Source of the DNA: Neoechinorhynchus agilis
Lineage: Eukaryota; Animalia; Acanthocephala
Length of the DNA: 64,000 nucleotides
Direction of reading: 5' to 3'
Assembly (NCBI GenBank): GCA_051530055.1
Contig: CM121343.1
Span: forward strand, 6,728,389-6,792,388
Both the position numbers and the translations under genes were made by a program. The notes beneath the pieces were generated by a model. That model was not told where the DNA came from, searched no databases, and was given only the letters and a program-made list of their open reading frames with translations. Positions 36,887-50,845 of the stretch are shown in pieces (the stretch's first letter is position 1; each line of letters begins with the position of its first letter).

Positions 36887-37558
36887 TCAGTCTATGCTCT
36901 TTATAATATGCTCGTGTTTTCCGAATAAATAAATAACTATTTTGTGCAAAATCTTGTTGTATTGATTTTGTGGAATATCGACCAGTTTTTCACATAGACA
37001 TTTAAGAGTAAATGCAAATAGTGAGTCACCTTTCTCGTGGTGGGCATTCGTCAACGACGGCTTTGGTAAATTACAAATTTCGTAGACCACTGCTGAACGG
37101 TCGGTTAAAGGTTGAGAGAAAACGGGAGTTTTTGTATCCGACAATTCGGTTTCGGGCACTGGATCAGTTGAAACATTATTCGGATTCGTCGATTGTGGTA
37201 TGGTAGAGTCTAACGTCTTCAAATTACTTTTATCGATACTCTTCTTAACAACGGTTTTTTTGAGTTTTTTGTTCGTCTTTTTCCGCTGCAAACCTTTTGC
37301 TTCGACAACGAGCTCCTTTGATTCCTTTAATTTACCACTTTGATCATCGTTACATTTTACCAATGCTGATTTTGGTGTTCTAAGATTCTTAGGAAGTCTA
37401 CAGGAACATGTGCACGAGTAGCACTTCTTATTTCCAATGTTGCTTATTTCCGTCTCGGTTGAACTATCGATTCGTTTATCCATATTTGCTAACCAAGTAA
37501 AAGTAGGTTTAAGTGGTTTTTGTTTCCATGGCAACACTGAATTGTTGATTTCACCCAT
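36887..37558 (-). CDS. Orphan 223-aa ORF, copy 1 (repeat unit 36797-37628)
   Basis: ATG-initiated, stop-free, protein identical to copies at 43136 and 61355. Confidence 0.6.
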   Translation of the reverse strand: MGEINNSVLPWKQKPLKPTFTWLANMDKRIDSSTETEISNIGNKKCYSCTCSCRLPKNLRTPKSALVKCNDDQSGKLKESKELVVEAKGLQRKKTNKKLKKTVVKKSIDKSNLKTLDSTIPQSTNPNNVSTDPVPETELSDTKTPVFSQPLTDRSAVVYEICNLPKPSLTNAHHEKGDSLFAFTLKCLCEKLVDIPQNQYNKILHKIVIYLFGKHEHIIKSID

Positions 37559-37769
37559 TTTTTGAGTGAAAAGTGAGAATTAGTTACAAGATTGATCATT
37601 TTTTAACTCAAAAATTTCAATATTTTCTTGTGAACAGCACATCATCCAAAAATAGCGGGGATAAATCTGGCTCGGGAAAGATGCGCTCCTTTTTCAAATC
37701 ATCCAGGAAAATCATTATCTAGATGAGAGCAAGGGAGTTTTTCCATTGACAGCCAACGGAGTTGACTAT

Positions 37770-40700
37770 TGTTACCGATGAAGTTGACGTCACCAATGTC
37801 AGTATTGATTTGCGTGTTCGCGCGTAGGTTGTGTGTGTGGTGTGAGTTGTTGTTCCGGAAAAGAATAATAGAAAAGTGTCATGGAGTGACCCGCACCCGA
37901 AGATAAGAAGATAACAATTGGCGACGAGGAATCAAAGGACAAGGATTTGATCGAATTGGTCGAGATGCAGATGATCAATCGATTGTTGGAAGACCGAAAG
38001 GTGAATGATTAATCAGAATTAGCGGTACCAGCATTCAAGGAATGCGATCGAGAAAAACGACCATGGGCAGAGTACGTGGATTAACTAAACGAGCATTTCT
38101 CGGTAAATGGTGTCGAAAGGGTAGAACAAAAGCGATCGTGCATACTGGCATGGATGGGAGCGGCTTCGTTCACTTTGCTGAAGAAGGTGACTGTAGCCCG
38201 ACAGTCTGAATCGATTATAAACACGTTTGATTAATGTAAGAAAAGCACGATCCACACACTTGCCAGCATCTATCTTTGCTGAAGGTGTCTGGATGACGGA
38301 TGTTGAAGGCAGGGGAGGTGGGACTTGTTTTCGAAGGAGTGTTAATGTTCGATCGGAGGCTTCATAAAGGAGATGACCGATTGGGAGTCTTTCCTTGTTC
38401 TCCGGTTATTAAGGAAAGATTGGGCTTGGGGGAGGAAAGATTTTTGGTAGAGGGAGGTACGAGCGGGGGGGATGAAAACGGATGTTTACGAGGGACGAGT
38501 ATTTAGAGATGAAGGAAGAAAATCGTGGAGGGGGTAGAATACGGAGGGCGCTTTTGGACAAAATGGAGTGGAGGTGGACGTCGAGGGGAGGGAGTGAAGT
38601 CCCGCATATTCTCGCTGCTCTCTTGTGGAAGGTCCCGAGGGAATGTAGAGCATTGACGGATAGGACGAGGAAAGTGGGGAAAGCGTTTGTAAGGATAGGA
38701 AGGACGGCAGAGAGATAAAAGTGGGCAAGGTGTTTAGGGGATACGCCGAGACGCCGGGGGAGTTTGAGGAGGTAAAGACGAGGGTTTGCTTTAGAGAGTG
38801 TAAATGAAATGCGGGCATCACATTTAAGGTATTCTTGGAAAGTCAGGCCCAGTACTCGAAGAGAAGAGGAGCGTTGGATTGGGAGAAGGAGAGACGCGGG
38901 GACAAGATTGGATTTGGAAATGTGGAGGACAAGCTCAAAATATTTGGCTAAATTTAGGGAGAGGTTTAGGGTTGAGAGCGAGGAAATGAGATGGTTGATC
39001 TTGTCCATGGTTGTGGAGAGGAATGGAGATGCGATGGTAATGACTGTGAGGTCATCTCTATAAAGAAAATGGCGCCTTGGGGAACCCCTTTAAATATGGG
39101 CAGAGAAGAGGAACAAGAAGTTCCACATTGGATATATTGTTCGCGTTTGGGTACGAAAGAGGAAATCCAAGCGAGTTGCCAAGTTGGTAGGCTAAAGGAA
39201 GCACATGAATGAGGAGAAGGGAGTGATCTGACGGACGGTTGATGCTGGACTGGAATCTAAGCTGCGCATAAGCCTATTGTTGATGCAGAGGAGGGCATCA
39301 GATCAAGAGTAGTTGGGACGGAAAGCGAATTTCCGGGATGATGATACGAATGGCCCAATCGGGGACAGTCGAATTAGGGGAAGAATGGCGGGGCAGGCGC
39401 TTAAGGATACCTAGGATTTCGAGAGGGGAAATTAAGGAAGGGCCTGTATGAATGGACGGGTCAAAAAGTGGGGAGGGAGATTGGGACAATTGATGGGAGG
39501 TTTGGGAATGACAGAGGTTTTTATTCATAGAGTTAAGGACTGGGAGGAGATCAGATTTGGGGAGAGATGCGAAGGGGGTGGATCTAATAAGACCAGTGAC
39601 ATTTTAGGGGTGATTTGAGTGTAGGGGCCATAAGGGTGGGAACTGTGCATGCGGGATGAACTCGGGGGGAAAGAGGATATTGGGAGTTGAAGAGGTGGTG
39701 GTAAGACGTGAGGTAGCGTGCGCGTCCAAGGTATTTTTCGCTTCTGAGGGGCGAAGCGAAAATTTCCATATTTGATTGGGTGCGAATTAGTGGTTTTAGG
39801 AAGATGAGAGACGAGTGGAGGCAAGGATGAGAGGGGTTTAGGAGGAGTTAGTTTACGAGGCGAGGGATGCTTAATGTAGTCGTTGAAGGATGGTAGGGGC
39901 GTGAACTTTTTACAGGAAAATCGAAGTCCAGGAGAGAAAGTGGAAGGTTTTTATGGGGCTGACGTTGAAACGTAATTGTAGAAGGATGGGAGGGGTTTAT
40001 GGTTTTTTCTAGCAGTACGAGGTGCTAGAGAGGAGGTAGGGGATTTAGATGAGGCCGAGGAGGAGGGGGTTCGGTTTTAATGGTGGAGCAGAGTGAGACT
40101 TAGAGTGCAGGGACGAGGGAAAAGGAGTATGAGAGATGATAGGAACGGAATTAAGGAGGGGAGAAAATTGTTGAAGAGAATTCGAATTTGAGTGTGGAGA
40201 GGAGTCTTGCAGGACGCTGGCAGCTAAGGGTTGGTGGACACTATTTAAAGAGTGAAGTGAGGGAGAAGAGGAGGTTTGGGGTTAGGAAAATGAAGATGGA
40301 AGGGGTTGGGGATTAGGGGTTTGGGAGTGGTTAGTGTTTGAGTACTTATTGGGAAAGGGGGAACCGGAGAACGCGGTTTGAGCAAGGCGGCAGTACAGAA
40401 ACCACGAATAAATTTCCTGCCTGCTGCCCAAGTATTTGTGACGAATATTTGAGTTTTAACCGGACAATCGTCCACGTCACAGGGGACGAGCTTGGTGGTT
40501 GGGCGCTTTGGCCTCGGCATTGATTGCAGGTGTTTATGACGGACGAGAGAGGACGTTGACGATTGACGAGAGAGAGAGAACGTTGAGTTGACCGTCATAT
40601 GTGAAATGCGCGCTGTCGTAGTCACATTCGCCATCACATTTGCTGATGCGTATCTACAGATGGAAGTGCGCCCTGAAAGTCAAAAGTTTTTAACTATTGC

Positions 40701-43050
40701 AACCCCTTGGGGACTATCCAAGTACACGAGACTTCCTTTCGGATGTTCGGTAGCATCTCAGATATTCCAAAGATGGATGGACTCGATTTTGAGTGGCATC
40801 GATAATGTCGGGGCATATCTGGACGATATCATAGTGACCGGTGGGACGGTCGAAGAGCATCGAAGTAATTTGGAAATAGTGTTGAAGAGGTTGCGCGATG
40901 TGAATGTGAAACTGGCGAAGTGTCAATTTTTCAAGAACAAGGTCGAGTTTCTGGGATACACGCTGAGGATCATGAATAGTCCGTCACCATCAAATAAAAA
41001 GGAATTGAGAAGTTTCCTGGGAATGATGAACTATCAAGAGCGTTTCATTCCCGGACTTCAATCAATAGCAGCACCACTCTACGATCTGTTGGCCAACAAT
41101 GCGAAATGGGTTTGGTCTAAGAGACAGCAAGAAATGTTTCTCAGATTGAAGGAGACGCTGCAGGATGTCAGGAGTCCACAACCTCATAGAAGAGAATGGC
41201 CACTGATACTGGCTTGCGATGCAAGCGATATCGAAGTGGGCGCTGTATTGTACCACGTGCTGTCGGACGGTCGAAGAAAACCCGTCATGTAGGCTTCTCG
41301 TAAATTGTAGAAAGCAGAGCAGAATTACGCTACTATTGACAAGGAAACGTTGGCAATTATTTTTGGGGTTAAAAGATTCACGCTGTATTTATGCAGACGT
41401 CGGTTCCCCATACAGACGCATCATAAACCGCTAGAATATATTCTGGGTGCTGATCGCGACTTGACGAGAATGCCGAACAGTCGAGTGGTAAGGTGGGCTC
41501 GGCTATTGGGAGAGTACGATTACATCGTAGAATATGCAAAGGGAAGCGATAATGTTCACGCGGATTGCTTCTCGCGTTTACCCATGCCTTCGTACGAAGA
41601 CCAGAACACGTTCTATGACCATGGATGGGCGGATCACACGAGAAGATCTCAACGATTTCCATTTCGCCTAACACCTCATTCGTCTACTGGGGAAGCACCT
41701 GCTGTGGCAATGATGGGGGGAAAATTAAGAGGAGCTCTAGACCGGATAATGCCTGATAACGAGGACGAGGAGTGAATCGATGAGTACGTGGCTGAGAGGC
41801 AGGCTGGCCAGGATGTTTGGTTTAGGAGAGATCTTGACAGCAAATGGAAGCGAGGAGAGATAAGAAAACAGAACGGTCCGGTATCGTGCACCGTAGAAGA
41901 CGAGAATGGAAGATGCAAGAGGACGCATGGAAATTTGGTCTGAGATCGAAAGGAGAATGACGATTTGGGACCGACGGGAATTTCGAACAAGGAGGAAGAT
42001 CATGGACAAGAAGGATCAGCAGTATTCAATGACGTGGCCGAGGATATGCCACAGTCCAGAGAGGAGGAAATTACTGGTCAACAAAGAGAAATGAAAAGAA
42101 GCCTTTAGCAGTTGCAGTTTTAGACGTCAAGTCAGCGTTTGATCCAAGGGTTGTCTCGCATATATAAATAGAAAAATAGTAATGCACTCGCTTACTAATA
42201 GCTTCATTAATGTTGCAACAAGTACAGGTGCACCCACAGATCCTATGTTTTTTCAAGAGGGGGACAAAACAAGGAGACCCGCTTGAAGAATGCTAATGAT
42301 ACTCGACTGTCGCAAATTACGCCGGTCAGGCTCTTCCATTTCGAATACCCGTTTTGAATTCGATTTGTAAGTCCTTTTACATCAGGGCTAGTCTCAGTTC
42401 CTCACCCAGATGATCTACAACACGGGCAGCTGAACTCAGGACGTCCAGATCCGATCAATGTCTCAGAGACTCCTGGGCAATACCCAATAAATGTTTTAGC
42501 AGAACCTCAGTATACACAGGTCGCTAGCTCTTCGTTGCAATCATCGACAGAAGGTCGCAAAAGTGGAGAGTCGCCAGATGCTCAACTATGGCCGCGGTCC
42601 ATATGAGCCGGTCGAATTGATCGAAAGCTCGACTGAAAATATTGCAGCTAGGGAGTTACCAAGAGCTCAATTTAATGAATCTTCTGAGGAGTCAGTTTAC
42701 AACTTTACTCCGGGAGCGGTTAAATTGATAGAGAGTACATTGTCAATTCCCACCTTGCATCCTAGATACAGGAAGTTTCTAGAGGGCGAGCGGTCGATCC
42801 TCGCGGGCATTACCGAATTCGACAGCTTGACGCCCTGTGCGGGAGGTACACAGATTATCTGAAATGCGGCAAGAGATTCGTCCCTAACGCTGAAATTTCG
42901 CTGAGATACGGAGGCTGATGGAAGAGGTAGAGTAAGGAGACCTCCGAAAAGACCGTATGACGACTTTTTAAAAGTAAGGAGGAGATGTTAGCGATGAAGT
43001 TGACGTTAAAAACGTCAGTATTGATTTGAGTGTTCGCGCGTAGGTTGTGT
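37770..43050 (+). mobile_element. Ty3/Gypsy (Mag-like) LTR retrotransposon, degenerate
   Basis: 5' LTR TG...CA 37770-37916, PBS TGGCGACGAGG 37919, gag remnant WAEYVD..NEHFSVNG, RT LPFG...YLDDII (40620-41000), RNase H LACDAS...THHKPL...ADCFSR, PPT aaaagtaaggaggaga, truncated 3' LTR from 42986. Confidence 0.92.
38225..40340 (-). mobile_element. L2/CR1-group LINE fragment nested antisense in the Gypsy element
   Basis: Minus strand KGVPQGA, D(D)LTVI and LNLAK...LGLTF...KANPRLYLL...FYLSAVLPILTNAFP RT/thumb motifs; strongly CT-rich sense strand; frameshifted. Confidence 0.85.
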
Positions 43051-43135
43051 TGGAGCGAAGTGGCACAGCATTAATACCCCCGAATAAATGCATCTTTAAA
43101 AAACATCGGCGGTCAAATGTAATTTATTTAAGAAA

Positions 43136-43807
43136 TCAGTCTATGCTCTTTATAATATGCTCGTGTTTTCCGAATAAATAAATAACTATTTTGTGCAAAA
43201 TCTTGTTGTATTGATTTTGTGGAATATCGACCAGTTTTTCACATAGACATTTAAGAGTAAATGCAAATAGTGAGTCACCTTTCTCGTGGTGGGCATTCGT
43301 CAACGACGGCTTTGGTAAATTACAAATTTCGTAGACCACTGCTGAACGGTCGGTTAAAGGTTGAGAGAAAACGGGAGTTTTTGTATCCGACAATTCGGTT
43401 TCGGGCACTGGATCAGTTGAAACATTATTCGGATTCGTCGATTGTGGTATGGTAGAGTCTAACGTCTTCAAATTACTTTTATCGATACTCTTCTTAACAA
43501 CGGTTTTTTTGAGTTTTTTGTTCGTCTTTTTCCGCTGCAAACCTTTTGCTTCGACAACGAGCTCCTTTGATTCCTTTAATTTACCACTTTGATCATCGTT
43601 ACATTTTACCAATGCTGATTTTGGTGTTCTAAGATTCTTAGGAAGTCTACAGGAACATGTGCACGAGTAGCACTTCTTATTTCCAATGTTGCTTATTTCC
43701 GTCTCGGTTGAACTATCGATTCGTTTATCCATATTTGCTAACCAAGTAAAAGTAGGTTTAAGTGGTTTTTGTTTCCATGGCAACACTGAATTATTGATTT
43801 CACCCAT
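43136..43807 (-). CDS. Orphan 223-aa ORF, copy 2 (repeat unit 43046-43987)
   Basis: Identical protein; the unit abuts and truncates the Gypsy 3' LTR. Confidence 0.6.
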   Translation of the reverse strand: MGEINNSVLPWKQKPLKPTFTWLANMDKRIDSSTETEISNIGNKKCYSCTCSCRLPKNLRTPKSALVKCNDDQSGKLKESKELVVEAKGLQRKKTNKKLKKTVVKKSIDKSNLKTLDSTIPQSTNPNNVSTDPVPETELSDTKTPVFSQPLTDRSAVVYEICNLPKPSLTNAHHEKGDSLFAFTLKCLCEKLVDIPQNQYNKILHKIVIYLFGKHEHIIKSID

Positions 43808-43989
43808 TTTTTGAGTAAAAAGTGAGAATTAGTTACAAGATTGATCATTTTTAACTCAAAAATTTCAATATTTTCTTTACAGAAAGGTCAAAATGCACGA
43901 GTACTCTTGCACTCGTTTAAATGCCGCAGAATAAAGATAAATTCAGCATCAGCGGAGCGTCCAACATAAACAACAAAGGGATAATATCC

Positions 43990-44500
43990 ATGGAAAGATC
44001 TAAGCCTTGCACTTAGTCGAAATCTGCTGATGCTTCCTAGTCAAATTATGGACACATCGCAACGCGGAAAGACGATCCTTTCGAAGCACCCTGGATAAAG
44101 TAGTGCCTCGGCGATAGTTCCATGGATTCATTGGCCACAAACCTAGCTTGCTTCGAGAGTTGCTCCGTCGCTGTGGCACTTTGAGTTGTGCTTTTTGCCA
44201 ATGATGTAGCCATGATTTTGCGTCCGGATTCAGTTCGTTACGAACATGGATTCATAGGCCGTTCAGTTTTGCCAATATAGATGACCCCCTCGATTGTCAT
44301 CGGCCAAACATCGTTCACTGATGATCTCGTAGACCACGATGCTTCGAGGGTAAATGGAATCTTGTCGGCCATTTGTTTCCACTGACATCCCTGGGCACAA
44401 TGTGTTTCCGGTGTTTCTTGATATCCAGATTCTTGTCAAGATTCACCTAAGTGAAGGCTCGCTTCTGTGGGCGCCCTGATTCAGCTTCGAGTGATCTATT
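43990..44500 (-). pseudogene. Penelope-like element GIY-YIG endonuclease relic
   Basis: Minus strand VVYEIISERC...(frameshift)GVIYIGKTER resembles the VY...YIG.T.R motif; a hammerhead-like variant lies nearby at ~44660-44700. Confidence 0.55.
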
Positions 44501-45367
44501 TTCACGGATTCACTTTTTTAGAATTATAGGCACCAAGAATAAGATTGAGAGATTTAAGATCAATTCGACACTCAGTCTCACTCCTTCCGCTTGGATCAGC
44601 TTGGAATAGTTGGTGGATTGTCGGCCGATTTTTGTTAGCGGTTAAGAATAAAAATGATTTCATTTTGGACCGATATTTCGGAGTTTTACGCCTTGTTCAG
44701 TGTCCTGAAAAACACACGCGATTATTTAAGTCTTTTATTCACGGGATACATTCAAGGGCGAATAAAGCGTATCAAAAATAAGTTTGCTTTAAAAATCACT
44801 GATTGCTATTAATAAAATGGTTAACTGAGTGTTTTTGTGTATAAATTCGTAGCGCTATTTTTGTGTCATTTATGGACGGAATTTACTATCTTTTCACCAA
44901 AGAGAATAATCGAGGACACGCACGGGATTTAAAACGAAATTGTGACGTTTTTTTAAACTTAAACAACATCAAAAATGAGAGAACAAAGTCCCATTGAAAA
45001 TCTATTTTGACTCGCATAAAGCACGATTTGATCAAATGTTGCAATAGCGCACTAGAAACTGGAAACGCAAAGATTAAAAATCTTCTTTAAAATGGAAAAT
45101 AGAGTTTTTTAAGACAGTCCCACCTCCTACTCAAATAATTCGTCCGCACATTAGCGGTAACGTTTAAAAACTCATAGAAAAAGAAGTCGATTTTCTTGGT
45201 TGCGTCTTCAGTTTACTGTGGAGACGTTAGTTTTTCGATGAACACCAATGAGATTTCGAGATTTTAATGATGATGATGGTGAGGGTTGATAATTATCATG
45301 ATTTTTGCTTGTAATCAGAACTGATTTCAGCTTCGGCAGGGGAAAAAAGGTGTGCCATCGTCTTTTC

Positions 45368-47781
45368 TCACGAGTAGTCATCAGCGGATCCTTCATCTTC
45401 GTCGCAGCCGCCACTGCAGGATTCAGCATCACCGCCGTTTTCACGTTGTTGTTGCTGCTGCTGCTGCTGAAGTTCAGATTCGTCGAAATTGTAAAAGTGG
45501 AAATGTTCATCAGCCATGTGAATTGCCCACTTGAATTTGTCTCTTTGTGCCTTGGAGAAAATCTTTTCAATGGGAACATTGAACTTCTTACACCAAGCAA
45601 CGCTGATGCGTGGATCAAGGTAGTTCAATTTGGACGTACCAAGAGCGATTTGTTTGTTAGCTTCTTTTTCTTCGGCTTGAACACGTACCTTTTCGAGCAT
45701 TTCATTAGCTTTATCAAGCTGAATTTTCGCGCTTTGCAATTTCTTTTCTGATGTCTTAGTACTACGACCAACAGCAAGATCGGCATTATAAGCATCCCTG
45801 GCCAACACAAAAGCTTCTTCTCTTTTTCGAACATTTTCTTCCTTCTGACTCATTTTCTCCTTCATACTCTGCATTGATTTATCAAACGTTTTCGGAACTG
45901 CTCGTTGATGGTTACACAGAATAGCAACTTCTCGATTGGCTTTGTTGTAAGCGAGCCACTTTTCATGAACTGAATCAGTATCCTTCGTCAAAATATCCAG
46001 TTGATCTTGAAGGGTTCGAGATGCATTATAAGTCCTGAATACCTTCGCTGTAAGACCATCAAGAAGTTCAGTCAGATATTGGTTTAGACTTGATGTTGTT
46101 ACTCGATCGAACAGATCATCACCTTCACATTTATCTCGTAAGAACAATTCAACATTTCGATAGACTCGATTCTGAACCGAAACGAAATTATGGTACCGAA
46201 TACTATCCTTTCCTAGAAAATTCAATTCGATTACATTATCACCGTACGGTTCTAAATGTGGATGTAGTTTCACATGTTCATAACGAAGACTACAGCAACC
46301 GACTGTATCCGCTTCATCTTCTTCTTTTTCATTCCCAACACGAAGAGCTAATCGATCAATGAAATAAATAGCAACTGCTCGTTGTCTAATTCTCATCTCT
46401 CTGCTCTTCCATTCCGATTGATATTGTTGACGAATTCTATCAATGTGAACATGAAGCCGTCTCGCTTTCTGGTACTTCTCGAAATCACGTTCAGCTTTAA
46501 CTCGTGATGACGCATTCAACATCACGTATTTGTTATTCCCAGTGACGTTCTCGTTCCACGTAGCAAGCCAAGATACTTTATTGTCGTGTTTAACGTCCTT
46601 CCAATAATGATTCTCCGGTGGTTCCGGCGCTTTTAACTTCAAATCGCAGTTTATTGTTACGTCCTCAGGCATTATTCGCCTTTTGATACTACCTCGCTTC
46701 GGATGGTCTCCACGACCCTGAAAAATCCCAGGAGGCTCAATCTTAAAGTTCTGAATCGGCTGTCGGTGTCCATCCCATAAACAAAACCCATAACGCTGGC
46801 GTATCTCTTGTGACGCAATTTCATCCTTTTTCTTCTCTTCTTTAGTACGATTCTTCCGTAACTCGGCTTCTTTCAAAATGTGCTCATGGACCTGGCTAAA
46901 ATCACATTTGTCGAAATCAACGATCTGGGATTGCTCCTCCGCTGTCATATAAGTCCTCCAATCTCTAAAGTAATTCGAATTGAACACTTCATCGGACGCA
47001 TGTTTAGTGTTCAACAATTTCGCGTAAAACGTCATCACTTCTTCGGCTGGCGTTGTGAGCTTAACGCGTCGGCCGTCATATTTAAAAGACACATTGGCCG
47101 GAATCGGTATATAATCTGGCGCAAACAATGGTCCAGAATGGCACAAAGTCGTCCATTTCCGACCGTCTTCTGGTTTCTTCTCTTCCCACCATTTCCATTC
47201 ATCTTCCTGTAAGTCCTCTTTTTTAGCTTTACCTCGTTTCTGGCTACAAGCAGTTGGTTCGGTCTTAATGTGCATTGGAGTCGTTCTATTTCCCAGCCGA
47301 GCTTGTTTCTTCGTAGATTCATCAACTTGTTCCATTTGAGATTTCCTTTTCCTGTCCCTGGTGGGTTCGAATCCCCGTTCATTGTTGCCGTGTTTGGCAT
47401 TGGAGTCTCCGGATGGTAAGGATTCCGTTGGCGGTGTCAAAGACGGAGTTGGCAGTTTCGCATTAGTATTGGACGCGCCGGACTGTTTGGCTTCATCGGC
47501 TTTCCTCCTCTTCTTCTCACGCGGTCGCCTCTCCATTCGTTCGTTAGCCAAAACTCTTTTACTCATCTGAAACAAGAGAAACAGGTTTTGGTATCACGTT
47601 CGATCTCAAAACTCGAGCGTACATTGTCGTTACTGTTCTTCCGGATACAATGAACGCGTTTTTGACTGATTGCGTCATCATCAAGGTAACTAAGGGAAAC
47701 GAAGAGACAATTCCGATAAGACTCTGCCACACACACAGAACTCTTTGTCGTCAATCTTTTTTCTAAGTTGCGAACGCGCAT
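45368..47781 (-). CDS. TOP1: DNA topoisomerase I (type IB); main exon 47566-45368, short 5' exons tentative
   Basis: WKWWEE, KIEPPGIFQGRGDHPK, LALRVGNEKE, FLGKDSI, AKVFRTYNAS, CNHQR, GTSKLNYLDPRI (catalytic Tyr); GT-AG intron 47622-47567. Confidence 0.97.
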
Positions 47782-48028
47782 ATATTCCCAAACCGCAGCA
47801 GCAGCGCTTTCAGACTACTTCTCTTATGCTTCCACCGTCGTCGTCGTCGTCGTCGCTGTAACGCTAATTCGGTCCATATTTCACTTCTCGTTCTCATCTA
47901 AAACGTAATCGTCCGTTGTGATGGGTTTTTTGGCTCACGTCATTCCATGGAAGCTAACGAACTCTTTAGTCTGAAAAAAATTGGTTCCTTCCTACGATGG
48001 AAAAAAAGATGAGGATTTCTCTTTTCCC

Positions 48029-49876
48029 GAATGTGGCCTTGGTTGCTATAAAGAAGTTCATATTTGTGTTCTTTGATGATTGACAATATAGAAACTCATT
48101 AATTCTCAATATTCCGACCTTCTCGTCAGAATTCAGATTTTTTCGTTAGTTTGTTGCTTCAACTGAGTAATGGATGAAAAATTAATAAAATTGAACTCTT
48201 TGGAGTGTAATAGAAACAAAAGATCTCTTGGACGGGCTCATCTTCCTCCCAAGAAATTCTCGAATGTGGCCTTGGTTGCTATAAAGAAGTTCATATTTGT
48301 GTTCTTTGATGATTGACAATATAGAAACTCATTAATTCTCAATATTCCGACCTTCTCGTCAGAATTCAGATTTTTTCGTTAGTTTGTTGCTTCAACTGAG
48401 TAATGGATGAAAAATTAATAAAATTGAACTCTTTGGAGTGTAATAGAAACAAAAGATCTCTTGGACGGGCTCATCTTCCTCCCAAGAAATTCTCGAATGT
48501 GGCCTTGGTTGCTATAAAGAAGTTCATATTTGTGTTCTTTGATGATTGACAATATAGAAACTCATTAATTCTCAATATTCCGACCTTCTCGTCAGAATTC
48601 AGATTTTTTCGTAAGTTTGTTGCTTCAACTGAGTAATGGATGAAAAATTAATAAAATTGAACTCTTTGGAGTGTAATAGAAAAAAAGATCTCTTGGACGG
48701 GCTCATCTTCCTCCCAAGAAATTCTCGAATGTGGCCTTGGTTGCTATAAAGAAGTTCATATTTGTGTTCTTTGATGATTGACAATATAGAAACTCATTAA
48801 TTCTCAATATTCCGACCTTCTCGTCAGAATTCAGATTTTTTCGTTAGTTTGTTGCTTCAACTGAGTAATGGATGAAAAATTAATAAAATTGAACTCTTTG
48901 GAGTGTAATAGAAACAAAAGATCTCTTGGACGGGCTCATCTTCCTCCCAAGAAATTCTCGAATGTGGCCTTGGTTGCTATAAAGAAGTTCATATTTGTGT
49001 TCTTTGATGATTGACAATATAGAAACTCATTAATTCTCAATATTCCGACCTTCTCGTCAGAATTCAGATTTTTTCGTTAGTTTGTTGCTTCAACTGAGTA
49101 ATGGATGAAAAATTAATAAAATTGAACTCTTTGGAGTGTAATAGAAACAAAAGATCTCTTGGACGGGCTCATCTTCCTCCCAAGAAATTCTCGAATGTGG
49201 CCTTGGTTGCTATAAAGAAGTTCATATTTGTGTTCTTTGATGATTGACAATATAGAAACTCATTAATTCTCAATATTCCGACCTTCTCGTCAGAATTCAG
49301 ATTTTTTCGTTAGTTTGTTGCTTCAACTGAGTAATGGATGAAAAATTAATAAAATTGAACTCTTTGGAGTGTAATAGAAACAAAAGATCTCTTGGACGGG
49401 CTCATCTTCCTCCCAAGAAATTCTCGAATGTGGCCTTGGTTGCTATAAAGAAGTTCATATTTGTGTTCTTTGATGATTGACAATATAGAAACTCATTAAT
49501 TCTCAATATTCCGACCTTCTCGTCAGAATTCAGATTTTTTCGTAAGTTTGTTGCTTCAACTGAGTAATGGATGAAAAATTAATAAAATTGAACTCTTTGG
49601 AGTATAATAGAAACAAAAGATCTCTTGGACGGGCTCATCTTCCTCCCAAGAAATTCTCGAATGTGGCCTTGGTTGCTATAAAGAAGTTCATATTTGTGTT
49701 CTTTGATGATTGACAATATAGAAACTCATTAATTCTCAATATTCCGTCCTTCTCGTCAGAATTCAGATTTTTTCGTTAGTTTGTTGCTTCAACTGAGTAA
49801 TGGATGAAAAATTAATAAAATTGAACTCTTTGGAGTGTAATAGAAACAAAAGATCTCTTGGACGGGCTCATCTTCC
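48029..49876. repeat. 233 bp tandem array, 8 almost identical copies
   Basis: gaatgtggcc at 48029, 48262, 48495, 48727, 48960, 49193, 49426, 49659. Confidence 0.98.
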
Positions 49877-49919
49877 TGAGAGTAAATCCCGTTCACCATT
49901 TCTAATTATTGGCATTGAA

Positions 49920-50845
49920 TGATTGTCATTTTGGCCATTACACAAAAACGGCAGCTGAGTTATCCAGATCGTTAGCGTGGATGCTTTTTCAAAAGTTGAC
50001 TTTACAAAAGAATAAATCATCTCTTAAATGCGCTTTTGGTTTTGCGTATAAAATGATCGACATCTTTGTGTTGAGCAAATTCATTTTTTAAGCCAAATAT
50101 TCGATTGCTGCTTCATTTTCTTGTCATTTTGACCATTACACAAAAACGGCAGCAGAGTGATCCAGGTCGTTAGCGTGGATGCTTTTTTAAAAGTTGATCT
50201 TGCAATCGAATAATTATTTGCTAAGTGCGCTTTTGGTTTTGCGTATAAAACGATCGACATCTTTGTGTTGAGCGAATTCTTTTTTTAAGCCAAATATTCG
50301 ATTGCTGCTTCATTTTCTTGTCATTTTGCCCATTACACAAAAACGGCAGCAGAGTGATCCAGGTCGTTAGCTTGGATGCTTTTGTAAAAGTTGACTTTAC
50401 AAAAGAATAAATCATCTCTTAAATGCGCTTTTGGTTTTGCGTATAAAACGATCGACATCTTTGTGTTGAGCAAATTCATTTTTTAAGCCAAATATTCGAT
50501 TGCTGCTTCATTTTCTTGTCATTTTGCCCATTACACAAAAACGGCAGCAGAGTGATCCAGGTCGTTAGCTTGGATGCTTTTGTAAAAGTTGATCTTGCAA
50601 TCGAATAATTATTTGCTGAGTGCGCTTTTGGTTTTGCGTATAAAACGATCGACATCTTTGTGTTGAGGAAATTCATTTTTTAAGCCAAATATTCGATTGC
50701 CGCCTCAATTTTTTGTCATTTTGCCCATTACACAAAAACGGCAGCAGAGTGATCCAGATCGTTAGCGTGGATGCTTTTGTAAAAGTAGATTTTGCAATCG
50801 AATAGATCATCTTTTGAAGGCGCTTTTGGTTTTGCGTATAGAAAC
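49920..50845. repeat. ~198 bp tandem array, ~4.7 copies, two alternating variants
   Basis: attacacaaaaacgg at 49937, 50135, 50332, 50530, 50727. Confidence 0.95.
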
